Of a DNA stretch of 64,000 nucleotides, positions 12,331 to 25,700 are shown in pieces. Position 1 is the stretch's first letter, and each line of letters begins with the position of its first letter. Made by a program: the position numbers and the translations under genes. The stretch covers positions 653,262 through 717,261 of the forward strand of contig NW_024055490.1 of the NCBI RefSeq assembly GCF_902713615.1, given 5' to 3'. Origin of the DNA: Scyliorhinus canicula. Its lineage: Eukaryota. The notes beneath the pieces were generated by a model. That model was not told the DNA's origin. It ran no database searches and saw only the letters and a program-made list of their open reading frames with translations.

Positions 12331-14144
12331 GGGGGGGTGCTGAGGGAGCTGCCGTTCCGGTTAGTTGGGGACAGTTTCAGGTACCTGGGAATACAAGTGG
12401 CGCGGGATTGGGGTCGACTGCACAAGCTGAACCTGTCCCGACTGGTAGATCAAATGCGAGGGGAGTTCCGAAGGTGGGATGCGCTCCCGCTGTCGTTAGC
12501 TGGGAGAGTACAGACAGTTAAAATGACGGTCCTCCCGAGGTTCTTATTCGTGTTCCAATGTCTCTCCATTTTCATTCCATGTTCCTTTTTTAAGAGGGTA
12601 AGCAAGATCATTTTGGGCTTTGCATAGGCGGGCAAATCGGTGTGTGAAGAGGGTGATGCTCGAGCAGAACCGGGGGGGATGGGGGGCTTCCACTGCCGAA
12701 TTTCAGCAACTATTATTCGGCGGCTCACGTAGCCATGATAAGGAAGTAGGTGGTGGGGGAGGGTTGGCTTGGGAGGGGTGGAGGCAACCTCGTGTAGGGG
12801 TACCAGTCTGGGGGCGTTGGTGACGGCACCTCTGCCGTTCCCGCCAGCGCGCTTCTCCACCAGCCCCGTAGTGGTGGCGACCCTTCGGATCTGGGGGCAG
12901 TGGAGGAGGCACGTGGGAGCAACGGGAGCATCGGTCTGGTCCCCGATATGTGACAGCCATCGGTTTGCCCCGGGGAGGTTGGACGGGGGTTCTGGGTATG
13001 GCAGAGGGCTGGGATTGAGCGGATGGTGATTGTTTTTGGAAGGGAGCTTCCCGAGCTTGAGGGCGCTGGAGGCCAAGTTTGGGTTGACGAGGGGGAATGA
13101 ATTCCGGTATATTCAGGTGCGGGACTTTTTGCGCAGGCAGGTGCCATCTTTTCCACTCTCGCCTCTAAAGGGAATCCAAGATCAGGTCGTGTCTAGAGGA
13201 TGGGTGGGGGAGGTAAGTGTCTCGGATATTTACAAGGAGCTCATGGGGGTGGAGAAGACATAGACCGAGGAGCTGAGGCATAAATGGGAGGAGGAGAGGG
13301 GAGGGGAAATTGAGGAAGGCCTGTGGGTGGACATGCTGAGCAGGGTTAATGGGACTGCAAAATGTGCCAGGCTTGGCCAGATTCAATTTAAGGTCGTCCA
13401 CCGGGCCCACATGACAGTGTCCCGGATGGGCAGATTCTTCGGCGTAGAGGACAGGTGTGTAAAGTGGCTGAGAGGACCGGCAGACCATGTCCACATGAAA
13501 ATGAAAATCGCTTATTGTCACGAGTAGGCTTCAATGAAGTTACTGTGAAAAGCCCCTAGTCGCCACATTCCGGCACCTGTCCGGGGAGGCTGGTACGGCA
13601 TGTTTTGGGAATGTCAAAACTGAGGAGATACTGGCAGGGATCCGAGGACGTCATGTCCAGAGTATTTAACACGAGGTTGGCAATGAGTCCAGAGGTGGCG
13701 ATTTTTGGGGTTTCAGGGGCCCCGGAAGTCCAGGGGGAGAAAGAGGCCGACGTTTGGCCTTTGCTTCCCTGGTAGCCCGGGGACGGATACTTCTAGCTTT
13801 GAGGGACTCAAAGCCTCCGAGGTCGGAAGGCTGGCTGTCAGATATGGCGAGTTTCCTTGGCTTAGAGAAAATCAAGTTTGCCTTGAGAGGGTCGTTGTTA
13901 GGGTTCACCCGGAGGTGGCAACCATTTATTGACTTCTTTGGGGATAATTAATCGTCAGCAGGGCGGGGGGAGGGAGGGTTAGGGTAATGTGTATAGGGGG
14001 TCATTTAGGCAGATCTGGGTGGGGTGGACTACGGCAATTGCACTATGTACTTTGTTTACTGCACAGCCCTTTTTTTCATGTTCTGTAATTCTACTGTTTA
14101 GGATGCTGGAAAATACCTCATTAAAATTGTTTGTTTAAAAAAAA
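12330..14144 (+). mobile_element. 5'-truncated second L1 (ORF2 C-terminus, 3' UTR, poly-A) with a nested SINE
   Basis: Repeats the post-RT peptides of the first L1 (FRYLGIQVARDW..VKMTVLPRFLF) in diverged sequence; A tail at about 14137-14144. Confidence 0.8.
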
Positions 14145-14304
14145 TGTTTCAACACACTGCGTATTTAACACAAATCTAATTTATGACTTTTAGCCAGAAT
14201 ACTAGCCCCTGTATATGGGCTGGAGTTTGTTATCAGCAGAAAGAGACCCAAATGACCATGGTCAGTCCTGAATGGAGGACACAGCAAAACACCAATCATT
14301 ATGG

Positions 14305-15252
14305 TTAATTGTGGCTTCGTTGGTGTCTCCGCAGGGAGGATGACTGAGTGAATCCCTTCCACACTGGGAGCAGGCGAATGGCCTCTCTCCAGTGTGCATT
14401 CGCTGATGTACAGTGCAGGTGAGATGAGTGTCTGAACCCAGTCCCGTAGTGAGAGCACCTAAACGGTTTCAAGTCAGTGTGAATACGTTGATGGCCTTAA
14501 GATTCCCAGAAATTTTGTCGCACTTCCCGCAGTCTGGACATTGAAACGGTCTTCATCAGTGTGAACCGCTGGTGTTTCAGCAGGGTCAGATGACTTAGTA
14601 AATCCCTTCCCCACACTGGGAGCAGGTGAACGGCCTCTCCCCAGTGTGAACTCGCTGGTGTATGGACAGAGTAGATGACTGAGTGAATCCTTTCCCACAC
14701 TTGGAGCAGGTGAATGGTCTCTCCCCAGTGTGAACTCGCTGGTGCTGCTGCAGAGCGGATGACTGAGTGAATCCCTTCCCACACGGTGCAGGCAAATAGC
14801 CTCTCCCAGTGTGAATTCGCTGATGCACAGTGAGGTTAGATGATTTTCTGAACCCAGTCCCACAGTGAGAACACCTGAACGGTCTCTCCTCAGTGTGAAC
14901 ACGTTGATTGGTGCATCAGATTCCCAGAACTTTTATAGCACTTCTTGCAGTCTGGACATGGAACGGTCTCTCATCAGTGTGAACCCACTTGTGTGTCTGC
15001 AGGTGGGATGACCGAGTGAAACCCTTCCCACACTTGGAGCAGGTGAATGGTCTCTCCCCAGTGTGACTGCGTTGATGAGTTGCCAGCTGGGATGAGGAAG
15101 TGAATCCTTTCCCATAGTCCACACATTTCCACGGTTTTCTCCTCGTGTGACTGCATTTGTGGCTTGTGAGGCCTGATGATCGAGTGAATCCTCGTCCTCA
15201 CACACATGTGTACGGTTTTCTCCCCACTGTGAACGATGCTTTTTCCTTCCAT
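14305..15252 (-). pseudogene. C2H2 zinc-finger pseudogene, paralogue of 21592-22797
   Basis: Fragments with [16 protein letters not shown] linkers broken by several frameshifts; start MEGKSIVHSGEK at 15252, stop TAA at 14305-14307; flanks match those of the intact gene. Confidence 0.85.
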
Positions 15253-18200
15253 GTTTAAAGTACGATGATATTCAGGATATGATAAATTGAGGGACTCTGT
15301 CAGATCCTGATGTGATGCTTGGTTTGAGTTTTCGACTTTGAAGCCTCCCTTTCGAACACCCTGTGAAACTGATTAAAAAGAAAAAATAGAGAGTGAGAGA
15401 GAACCCACAAAAACACAAAGGCAGGTTGTGAAATTGAGCTGAATGAATCTGGTCATTTGTGGGGTCGACTCTCGGACAAAGTGACCAAGAAAACTGCTGG
15501 ATTGTCACAAAAACCCAACTGGCCTCTTTGGGAGGAGAGAGAAAGAGGTGAAGAAGGATTTTGTATATCTACAAGACATATTAAGAGAGGAGTTGGGAAA
15601 GCAAATTCGATCTGAGCTTCATTAAGTGTAATATCGATAGTGGAACTATGCACTTGGTGGCACGGTGGTTAGCACTGCTGCCTCACGGCACCAGGGACTC
15701 GGGTTCAATTCCCGGCCTTGGTGAACTGTGTGGAGTTTGCACTTTCACCCCGTGTCTGCGTGGGTTTCCACCCGGTGCTCAGGTTTCCTCCAGCAGTCCA
15801 AAGAAGGGCAGGTTAGGTGGATTGGCCTTGATAAATTGTCCCTTAGTGTCCAGGGATGTCCAGGTTAGGTGGGGCTATGGGGTTACAGGGGACAGGATAG
15901 GGGTGTGGGCCTAGGCAGGGTGCCCTTGCAGAGAATCAGTGCAGACTTGATGGGCCGAATGGCCTCCTTCTGCACTATAGGAATTCTATGGTTCTAATTC
16001 TATTCTGTGAATCTTTATAAAGCTCGGGTGTAGAAGTCAACTATTTCCTAAACACACCTAATAGGTAAAAGATAGCTATTTAGGATCAATATTAAGCCCC
16101 AGTTTTACCCATTGAGGAAATGAAGAATTTCAACATTCTCATAACCTCAGGTCATCTCAAAACATCCAGCTGACAAACAGCATACTTTTTACTGTCCTAA
16201 CGGTTTTCCAGAGACCCAAAATTAATATCTTTACTGTCCTAATCATGTTCCGGAGTCACACAAATATTTTTTTACTGTCCCAATGATTTTCTAGACACCC
16301 AAGGTATGAATCTCACCAACGCAAAAGGTAAAATTTGAATTCATTGAAAGTTTACTGATGACCATGAAGCCATTGCTGGTTGTTGTAATATCCACCTGGT
16401 TCACCTCCTGTCCTTCAGTGAAGGTATATCCATGATCTAGACGTTTGGTGTACAGGGAACAATTTCAAAGTTTGCGGATGATACAAAACAAAAGTACTCA
16501 GTATCCTGGATTTATTATTCTGCTGCACAGTGGTTAGCACCGCTGCCTCACAGCACCTGGGACCTGGGTTCAATACTAGCCTTGGATGGCTGCCTGTGTG
16601 GAGTTTGCATGTTCTCCCGTGTCTGCATGAGTTTTCTCTGGGTGCTGCGGTTCCCAAAAATATCCATTGACCAGTCCTCTCTGTTTCCTATTACTCGGCC
16701 AATATTGTATCCATGTTGCTCCTGTTTCTTTTATTCCATGAACTATAGCTTTGCTCACAAGTCTTTTGAAAGTCCATGTACACCACATCTGCAGCATTAC
16801 CCCCCCTCAGGGGCTGGTTTAGCTCACCAGGCTAAATCGCTGGCTTTTAAAGCAGACCAAGCAGGCCAGCAGCACGGTTCAATTCCCATACCAGCCGCGC
16901 CGGAATGTGGCGACTAGGGACTTTTCACAGTAACTTCATTGAAGCCTACTTGTGCCAATAAGCGATTTTCATTAACGCCTTTTGTTAGCTCCTCAAAAAA
17001 CTCCAGCAAGTTAGTTAAACATTTTTAGAATTAACCTAAAGAAGGGTAAGTGCATGTTAGGGAGAAGGTTAATACTGTCAACATTCAGAGCAACATAGAC
17101 ATTAAAGGAATAATTAATCTCAAAGACTATCTCTTGTAGTTTCTGTGACGGGGTTTGCTGACCCAAGTTTAAAGAACTTAAATGGTACATGTTTTTTAAC
17201 TTAAATAATTCTACTTAAATCTGGATTGACTGGGAGGATTTGGATCAGTGTGACAGTATTTCAGAACCAGTGTTCAGTCTACTCAGCAGCAGCAGGCTAA
17301 ATCTCTCCTCAAAACCCACATTGATATAGTGGATCAGAAGGCAGAAGGACCTATTTCATTAACAGACAGGTCAGTAACCGGGGGGTAGAGATTTAGTATC
17401 TATTGGAAGGATTAGAGGGGAATTGAAGATTTTCTTCACCCAGGAGTGAGGTGGGGGTCTGGAACTCTGAAAGGGAGGTAGAGACAGAAACCCTCATCAC
17501 ATTTAAAGACACCCTGATGTGGAGTTTCTGTGACTTGCAGGGCAACAGACCAAGAGGCAGAAAGTGGACTGGGATAAACCATTTTCAGCTAACACAGACA
17601 CAATGAGTTGAATGGCCTCCTCTGTGCTGTAAATTTCTAGGATTCTGTGATGACAAGTGATCCTCGAGTTTTTATCCAAGACAGACCTCAGCCCAGTCAG
17701 TTCCGCCAAGTGTTGGTGTGATGGATCAAGTTAAGAGGTGTCAGGTACCAGGAGCAGTGATTAAAATGGAAATATCAGTAAATCCTGCTATAGTTTATCT
17801 GTATGTGGTTCCATTTTAATAACTTCTCCTGAATGTGATCGTCACCCTGGTTTTCATTTGATTTGATTTATTTCTAATAATCTTTATTGTCACAAGTTGG
17901 CTAACATTAACACTGCAATGACGTTACTGTGAAAAGCCTCTAATCCGCCACATTCCGGGCCTGTTTGGGTACACCGAGGGAGAATTCAGAATGTCCTAAT
18001 TACCTAATTGCACGTCTTTCGGGGTTGTGGAGGGAAACCAGAGCACCCGGAGGAAACCCACGCAGCACAGGGAGAACGGGAAGACTCTGCAAAGACAGTG
18101 GCCCAAGTCAGGAATTGAACCTGGTGGTGTGAAGCAACAGTGCTCAGCACTGTGCTGCCCACACTGCTGGCCTTGCTTTGCATCATATAAAAATTGTCAA

Positions 18201-18539
18201 TACATCTGGTTCAAAACAGAATTTCAGGTCTTAATGTCTTGTTTGATTTTACTTTGCTGTGTTTAAATCCTCCCCTTGTAACCTCCTGTAAAAGGAGTTT
18301 CCAGAATCTATTACTGTCAGTCCTGCTGAGTGGACAGGGATCACCGCGCATGCACCCTGCTGCACCATATGAGGATGGTGGTGGTTAACTGGGGAAAGGC
18401 TTTGCAGGAAAACCTTCCCACTCGGTGCAAACTGGGGAGCAGTAATTTCTTGTTTTAGCTTTGAGGCCCCCACTGGGTGTGTGAAGCCTCCCCTCCCACC
18501 CACTGCCCCTAACGCTGCCTCCGCCTATCCGCCTCCTTC

Positions 18540-18900
18540 CCGCCTGAAGATGAGACAATCAAGCGTCTGTCCCTGGACATGAGCCGCACTGCGCATGCTC
18601 CACATCACAATGCCCTGGGGAGTGATTGACGGCAGGTCCAGACCAATAGGAAGAGGGGGCGTGACTGGAGGACCGAGCAGGAACGGCTGGTTCGCCAACC
18701 AATCAGAGTGAATAAGGGGCGGGGGCTGATCGTGGACCTCCCTTATTGGCTGAGACTCCGCATAATTTTTTCTTCCTGTTGGCCACGTGAGGTGGGTTCC
18801 AGAATCTCATTTCCTGCGTGAGAGGTGTTGACCAATGGGAAGACTTGGAGGATCGGATGGACTCTGGTCCTCCAGCCAATCAGACTGTGGGCTTTGAGTG
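18540..18900. promoter_or_regulatory. CpG-rich promoter-like module (NRF1-like GCGCATG, several CCAAT boxes, GC box)
   Basis: CTGCGCATGC, repeated CCAAT and GGGGCGGGG; an inverted homologue lies at 27158-27270. Confidence 0.55.
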
Positions 18901-19876
18901 ATTGAAGATTGAGCTTCACACAGACTAAAACTTCTTCCTGAGTCAAACTTTTGAATAAAACAGTTTCTTTCCACTTCAATGGACTTTTTTTAAGAGTCCA
19001 TTGACCCTTCTACAGAACTCTTACAACAAGGAACAACAAACGTTAACTCTGTTTCACTCGCCACAGATGTGGCATGGTCGCACAGTGGTTAGCACTGCTA
19101 CATCACAGCACCAGCGACCTGGGTTCAATTACAGCCTGGTGTGACTGTGGCATTGCACGTTCTCCCTGTGTCTGTGTAGGTTCCCTCCGGGTGCTCCAGT
19201 TTTCTCCAAAGATGTGCAGGTTGGGTGGATTGACCATGCTAAATTGCCCGTTAGTGTCCAAAAAAAGGTTAGGTGGAGTTACTGGGTTACCGGGATAGAG
19301 TGGAGGCATGGTCTTAAATAGGGTGCTTTTCCAAGGGCCGATGCAGGCTCAATGGATGGAATGGCCTCCTTCTGCATTGTAAATTCTCTGGTTCTGGAGG
19401 ATTTTCTCTCACAGTTTGATCCGATGTGTCTGTCTGCTGGTATTTTCCGGCAGTAGCAAAGTGGTTAGCACTGTTGCTTCACAGCGCCAGGATTCTGAGT
19501 TAAATTTGCGTTGGGTCTGCACGTCCATCCTCGTCTGTGTGGGTTTCCTCCAGGTGCTCCGGTTTCCTCCCACAGTCCAGAAAGATGTGCTTGTTAGGTA
19601 ATGTGGACATTTTGAATTCTCTCTCCGTGTACCCGAACCGGCACCGGATTGTGGCGACTAGGGGCTTTTCACGGTAACTTCATTGCACTGTTAATGTCAG
19701 CCTACTTGTGACAATAACAAAGAATATTATTAATACGTGTTTGGGTATTTTAGAGAGCAGCTAGACCCTCCTTGGTTCTACCTGTTATCCCCTCAGCTAT
19801 TCCATCTGTTTTGGTTAATGTGTCTGGACTCTGAGTTCTTCCAGTCTGTCTCCAATTCTCCTTCCTGTCTCGTGTA

Positions 19877-20629
19877 CAGGGCCGGCTCAAGGCACCGGCA
19901 ACTCGGGCAGTCGCCCGGGGCGCATGTGCTAGGGGGCGCCAGACTCGGGTCCCGCGCATGCGCAGTTGGGCCGGTGCCAACCAGCTCATGCGCGGTGGCC
20001 GCCCTCCCCAGGGCGGCCCCGCCCCCCCGCCAGTCCGCCCCCCACCTCGGGTCCGCCCCCCGCCCCGCCCTCGGTCCGCCCCCCGCCCCGCCCTCGGGTC
20101 CGCCCCGCCCTCGGGTCCGCCCCCCGCCCCGCCCTCGGGTCCGCCCCGCCCTCGGGTCCGCCCCCCGCCCCGCCCTCGGGTCCGCCCCGCCCCGCCCTCG
20201 GGTCCGCCCCGCCCTCGGGACCGCCCCCCCTCGGGTCCGCCCCCCCCCCTCGGGTCCGCCCCCCCAGGCCCCATTCGGGTCCGCCCCCCCTCGGGTCCGC
20301 CCCCCTCGGGTCCGCCCCCCCCCCGTCCCCCCTCGGGTCCGCCCCCCCGCCCCCTCCTCGGGTCCTCCCCCCCCGCCCCCTCCTCGGGTCCTCCCCCCCC
20401 ATGCCTCCCCCTCGGGTCCGCCCCCCCGCCCCTCCTCGGCCCCGCCCCTCCTCGGCCCCACCCCCCCGCCCCTCCTCGGCCCCTCCCTCCTCGGCCCCCC
20501 CCCAATCCCCCCCATGGCCCCGCCCCTCCTCGCCCCCCCCCCATGCCCCCCCCCCCCCATGCCCCCCCCCCCCCAAGGGCGCCGAAGTTCAGCTTGCCCG
20601 GGGCGACAGCAACCCTAGGGCCGGCGCTG
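19877..20629. mobile_element. Non-autonomous hAT transposon (MITE) carrying a GC-rich minisatellite
   Basis: Perfect 8-bp TSD CTCGTGTA at 19869-19876 and 20630-20637; imperfect TIRs CAGGGCCGGC / GCCGGCGCTG. Confidence 0.85.
20010..20575. repeat. GC-rich minisatellite (CCCTCGGGTCCGCCCC-type units) with G-quadruplex potential on the minus strand
   Basis: Many tandem CTCGGGTCCGCCCC units grading into CCCCTCCTCGG units. Confidence 0.85.
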
Positions 20630-20799
20630 CTCGTGTATATGGGTCCAGGTAGCTTGGTGTTGTCATTTGTGTTGTCTAGTTGTCTGTCTGACGCCAGCAG
20701 GTAGTGTTGTCTCTCGATAATGACTGTGCTGCTACCCTTGTCTTCTGGTTTTATGAACATATCCGTGTTGGATCCAAGCCCACGAATTGTCTGCCTTTC

Positions 20800-21410
20800 T
20801 CTCTGGGTAAGATTCTGTTTGTCTCTTGTATTTCACTGTGACAGGGCAAAGACCTGATTGAAGGGATTCAAACATGGGAGTTCTGGGAAAGATGGGCAAG
20901 GATTTGGGAGGTGACAACATGTTCAAAGAATTTGGAGAGGAGAGGGAGGTTGAAGATGGGGCAGTAATTTGTAAGGATGGCATGGTCAAGGGTTTGTTTT
21001 ATTGAGGAGGGGGTGATGATGGCAGATTTGAAGGACAGAGGGATAGTACCTGGAGAGAGAGAAATATTGACAATATCCGTGGACACAGGGTAGTTGGCTG
21101 ATCAGTAGCTTAGTGGGAATAGGGTCGATGGAGCAGGAGCTGGGTCTCATGGACAAGATGAGCTCGGAGAGGGCATGAGGGGAGATGGGAGAGAAAGTAG
21201 TGAAAGATGTGAGTTCAGGACTCGGGAAAGGATTACTTTTGAGACAGTTTGGTCCGGTGGGCTCGTGGAAGGGAGGGAAGCAGCAGAGGCAGTTGATCGG
21301 ATTTACTCGATCTCAGTCACAAAGAAGCTCCACACGCTCCTCACACTTCTTGCTGGAGGTGAGGATGGAAGAGACAGGGGAGAGCGAGAGAACTTCAAAA
21401 GGAACTAACT
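20800..21410 (-). mobile_element. L2/CR1-group LINE RT fragment
   Basis: FKSAIITP..LDHAILTNYCPIFNLPLLSKFFEHVV resembles the YRPISNLPFLSK motif. Confidence 0.6.
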
Positions 21411-21591
21411 TGTGTCAGAATAATTAAAAAGTTTCAACACACTGCGTATTTAACACAAATCTAATTTATTTGACTTTTAGGCAGAATATTAGCCCCTGTA
21501 AATGGGCTGGAGTTTGTTATCAGCAGAAAGAGACCCAAATGAACATGGTTCAGTTCTGAATGTGAAGAACAGCAAAATCCAATCACTGTGG

Positions 21592-22797
21592 TTACTTGTG
21601 GCCTCGTTGGTGTTTCAGCAGGTTGAAAGACTGAGTGAATCCCTTCCCAAACTTGGAGCAGGTGAACGGCCTATACCTTGCGTGAATTCGCTGGTGCATT
21701 TGCATGTTGGATAACTGAGTGAATCCCTTCCCACACTTGGAGCAGGTGAATGGCCTCTCCCCAGTGTGAATTCGCTGATGTGCAGTGAGGTCAGACGATC
21801 GCCTGAACCCAGTCCTGCAGTGAGAGCACCTGAATGGTCTCTCGTCAGTGTGAACACGTTGATGGCTCATCAGTTCCCCAGAACTTTTATAGCACTTCCC
21901 GCATTCTGGACATTGAAACGGTCTCTCATCAGTGTGAACTCGCTGGTGACTCAGCAGGTTGGATGACCGAGTGAATCCTTTCCCACACTGGGAGCAGGTG
22001 AATGGCCTCTCCCCAGTGTGAACTCGCTGATGTTCAGTGAGGTCAGACGATCGCCTAAACCCAGTCCCGCAGTGAGAGCACCTGAATGGTCTCTCGTCAG
22101 TGTGAACACGTTGATGGAGCATCAGTTCCCCAGAACTTTTATAGCACTTCCCGCAGTCTGGACATTGAAACGGTCTCTCATCAGTGTGAACTCGCTGGTG
22201 ATTCAGCAGGTTGGATGACTGAGTGAATCCTTTCCCACACTGGGAGCAGGTGAATGGTCTCTCCCCAGTGTGAATTCGCTGATGTTCAGTGAGGTCAGAT
22301 GATCGTCTGAACCCAGTCCCGCATTGAGAGCACCTGAACGGTTTCTCATCAGTGTGAACACGTTGATGGCGAATCAGATCCCCAGGACTTTTATAGCTCT
22401 TCACACAGTCTGGACATTGGTACGGTCTCTTATCAGTGTGAACCCGCTGGTGACTCAGCAGGTGGGATGAAATAGTAAATTCCTTCCCACACTTGGAGCA
22501 GGTGAATGGTCTCTCCCCAGTGTGAACTCGCTGGTGTCTCAGCAGGTGGGATGAATTAGTAAATCCCTTCCCACACTTGGAGCAGGTGAATGGTCTCTCC
22601 CCAGTGTGACTGCGTCGATGAGTTTCCAGCAGGGATGGGTAAGTGAATCCTTTCCCACAGTCCGCACATTTCCAGGGTTTCTCCTCGCTGTGACTGCATT
22701 TATGGCTTGTGAGGCCTGATGATCGAGCGAATCCTCGTCCACACACACAACACGTGTACGGTTTCCCCGCACTGTGAAAAATGCTTTCATGTTCCAT
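21592..22797 (-). CDS. C2H2 zinc-finger protein, 401 aa, 14 fingers (last one degenerate), no KRAB or SCAN in the ORF
   Basis: Intact ORF with CxxC-x12-HxxxH repeats and HT(G/D)ERPF linkers; acceptor-like TTTTAAATCAG at about 22900 upstream of the ATG. Confidence 0.9.
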   Translation of the reverse strand: MEHESIFHSAGKPYTCCVCGRGFARSSGLTSHKCSHSEEKPWKCADCGKGFTYPSLLETHRRSHTGERPFTCSKCGKGFTNSSHLLRHQRVHTGERPFTCSKCGKEFTISSHLLSHQRVHTDKRPYQCPDCVKSYKSPGDLIRHQRVHTDEKPFRCSQCGTGFRRSSDLTEHQRIHTGERPFTCSQCGKGFTQSSNLLNHQRVHTDERPFQCPDCGKCYKSSGELMLHQRVHTDERPFRCSHCGTGFRRSSDLTEHQRVHTGERPFTCSQCGKGFTRSSNLLSHQRVHTDERPFQCPECGKCYKSSGELMSHQRVHTDERPFRCSHCRTGFRRSSDLTAHQRIHTGERPFTCSKCGKGFTQLSNMQMHQRIHARYRPFTCSKFGKGFTQSFNLLKHQRGHK

Positions 22798-25700
22798 GAT
22801 ATTCCGGATATGATAAATTGAAGTCTCTGTCAGATCCTGATGTTATGCTTAGTTTGAGTTTCCGGACTTTGAAGCCTCCCCTTCGAACACCCTGTGAAAC
22901 TGATTTAAAACAGAAAATAGGGAGTGAGAGAGAACCCACAAAAACACAAAGGCAGGTTGTGAAATTGAGCTGAATGAATCTGGCCATTTGTGGGGCCGAC
23001 ACTGGGAAAAAGTGACCATGAAAACTGCTGGATTGTCATAAAAACCCAACTGGCCTCTTTGGGAGGAGAGAGAAAGAGGTGAAGAGGGATTTTGTATATC
23101 TACAAGCCAGATTAAAGAGAATAGATGGCAAAGCAAATTCGATCTTGAGCTTCATGGACAGTAATATTGATGCCAAAACTATGCTTCTGGTGGCACGTGG
23201 TTAGCACTGTTGCCTCACAGTGCCAGGGACCTGGGTTAAATTCCGGCCTTGATGACTGTGTGGAATTTGCACTTTCTCCCCATGTCTGCGTGGGTTTCCA
23301 CCCGGTGCTCAGGTTTCCTCCAACAGTCCAAAGAAGGGCAAGTTAGGTGGATTGACCTTGATAAATTGCCCCTTAGTGTCCAGGGATGTGCAGGTTAGGT
23401 TGTGCTGTGGGGTTACAGGGACAGGGTAGTGGTGTGGGTCTAGACAGGCTGCCCGTCCAGAGAGTCGGTGTAGACTCGATGGGCTGAATGGCCTCCTTCT
23501 GCACTAGGAATTCTATGGTTCTAATTCTATTCTATGAATCTTTCTAAAGCTCTGGTCACCACTCTTCAGGAAGAATGTGAAGGTTCTTGGAGAAGGGGCA
23601 GAAAATTGCCAGAATGGTTCCAACAAAGGAGGTTGAGGGGAGATTTGATTCAGGTCCACAAGATTACGCGAGGTTTCCATCGGGTGGACAAAGAAACTCT
23701 GTTTCCATTCACTGATCGTACGAGCACTAGGTAGACAGATTTAAAGTTTTGGGTAAAAGCTGGATTGATCTATATAAGATCCTGAGGGGTCTTGACAAGT
23801 TTGATGTGGAGAGGATGTTTCCTCTTGTGGGAGAATCGAGAACGAGGGTATCACTGTTGCAAAATAAGGAGTCACCCATTTCAGATGGAGATGAGGATTT
23901 TTTATTCTCGAGGGTTGTAAAACTTTGGAAATCACGTCCTTAAAAGGCAGTAGGAGCAGAGTCCTTGAATCTTTTTAAGGCAGAACTGGATAGATTCTTG
24001 ATGAGCAAGGGGGTGAAAGGTCATCAGGGGTAGGCAGGAATGTGGAACTGAGGTTAGAATGAGGTCAGCCGCAATCTTATTGAATGCTGAGTAGGCTCGA
24101 GGGGCCGAGTGGCCTGATCCTAGTTTGTATGTAAAAGGTACAGGAGATATGAGGTGATATGAGATATATGTTTTTACACAGCGAGCGGCAATGACCTGAA
24201 ACTTGCTGCCGATCAGGGAGTTTGAAAACAGACACAATGAATGATTTGATTTGTAAAGGAAATTGGATTTGAGGGAAATAAACCTGCAAGAATAAAGGGA
24301 TAGAGCAGGAGAATGGCACTGACTGGATTGCTCCAGTGAGCTAGCATGGATTCAATGGGCCGCATGCCATTCTCTGTGCCATCATGTCTCTGACTCGTTT
24401 GTGTCATCTAGTTTTGTAATTTAACCCCAGAGGGTTCAGATATCACTCAGGTAAATCTGTGCTACACTCCCTCCGAGGCCATTCTATCCTTCCTCAGGCT
24501 TGTTGCCTGGAACTGAACACAGTTCTCCAGGTTTGGTCTAACCAGGGTTTGTGAATCTCGGGGCTTTTCCAGTCACACTGAGACCTGAAATCTTCCCTCA
24601 CAGACAGAACAGACAAACCTTTTACCTTCCACACCCAGATGCTGCTGAAATTCAGTTTCTAATGAATCGAGTGACTCTGTCAGATCACGATGTGACGTTT
24701 GGTTTGCGTTTCCCGTCTGTTAAACCTCCTCTTCCAGTATCCTATAAATTTACAGAAACCTCACTGTCAGTTTAGGATAGAAATTCACAACATTCTCTCC
24801 TCGCCAACTTTGATTAAATGTATTCCTGGAGGTTTGATCACATGACCTGTCCCCATCCTCCAGCCATTAATCGGTCAACACATCCATCCTTGTGACACAC
24901 TGCCTTCCTCGGCCAATTGGGAAGCAAAAGGACTCATTACCTTACAGGACAGTGATTGACTGTCAGCCAATCAACCTTTATCCCATTTTCAATATCTGAA
25001 GAGAAATATTCAAAAATCTTCTTTACTGTCCCAATGATTTTCTCGACACCCAGGTATGAATCTCACCAAGGCAGAAGGTAAAATTTGATTTCATTCAAAG
25101 TTTACTGATGACAATGGAACCATTGTCGATTGTTGCAAAGACCCATCAGGTTCACTCCTGTCCTTCAGTGAAGGAAATCTTCTATCCACACCTGGTCTGG
25201 CCTACATGTGATTCCAGATCCACAGTCAGCTGGTTGACTCTTAAAATGCTCTGAGATGCACTCAGTTCAAGGGCAATTAGGGATGGGCAGTGAATGCTGG
25301 CCCAGCCAGCGACACCCACATCCCGGGAATGAACAGAAAAGAAAATCTGCCATCCTTACCTGGTCTGGCCGACATGATTCCAAACCATAGCAATGTGGTT
25401 GACTCTTTAAATGCCCTCCGAGATGGCCAAGCCAGCCACTCGGTTTGAGGGAAATTAGGGATGGGCAATAAATGTTGGCCCAGCCAGTGACTCCCACAAA
25501 TGAATAAAATACAATCCTGGAGACTCCAGTCAGTCAATCCGGGCTAATTGGCATCCGGTCCAGACTCGCAGCGCATAATAATAATAATAATCATGTATTG
25601 TCACAAGTAGGCTTCAATGAAGTTACTGTGCAAAGCCCCTAGTCACCACATTCCAGCACCTGTTCAGGGAGGCTGGTACGGGAATTGAACACGCGCTGCT

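Larger units (their letters stand above)
19730..20790 (-). mobile_element. Penelope-like retroelement fragment split by the hAT MITE
   Basis: IKPEDKGSSTVII..Y..RQL upstream and a degenerate LLSKIPK (YLLPKIHK-like) motif downstream of the insertion. Confidence 0.5.

Noticed and set aside
6863-13521. Many overlapping ORFs on both strands as host genes
   Set aside because: All fall within GC-rich L1 sequence and are frameshifted ORF1/ORF2 pieces or their antisense.
19737-20760. Long Pro-rich and Gly-rich ORFs in all frames
   Set aside because: They arise from the stop-free GC minisatellite inside the MITE.
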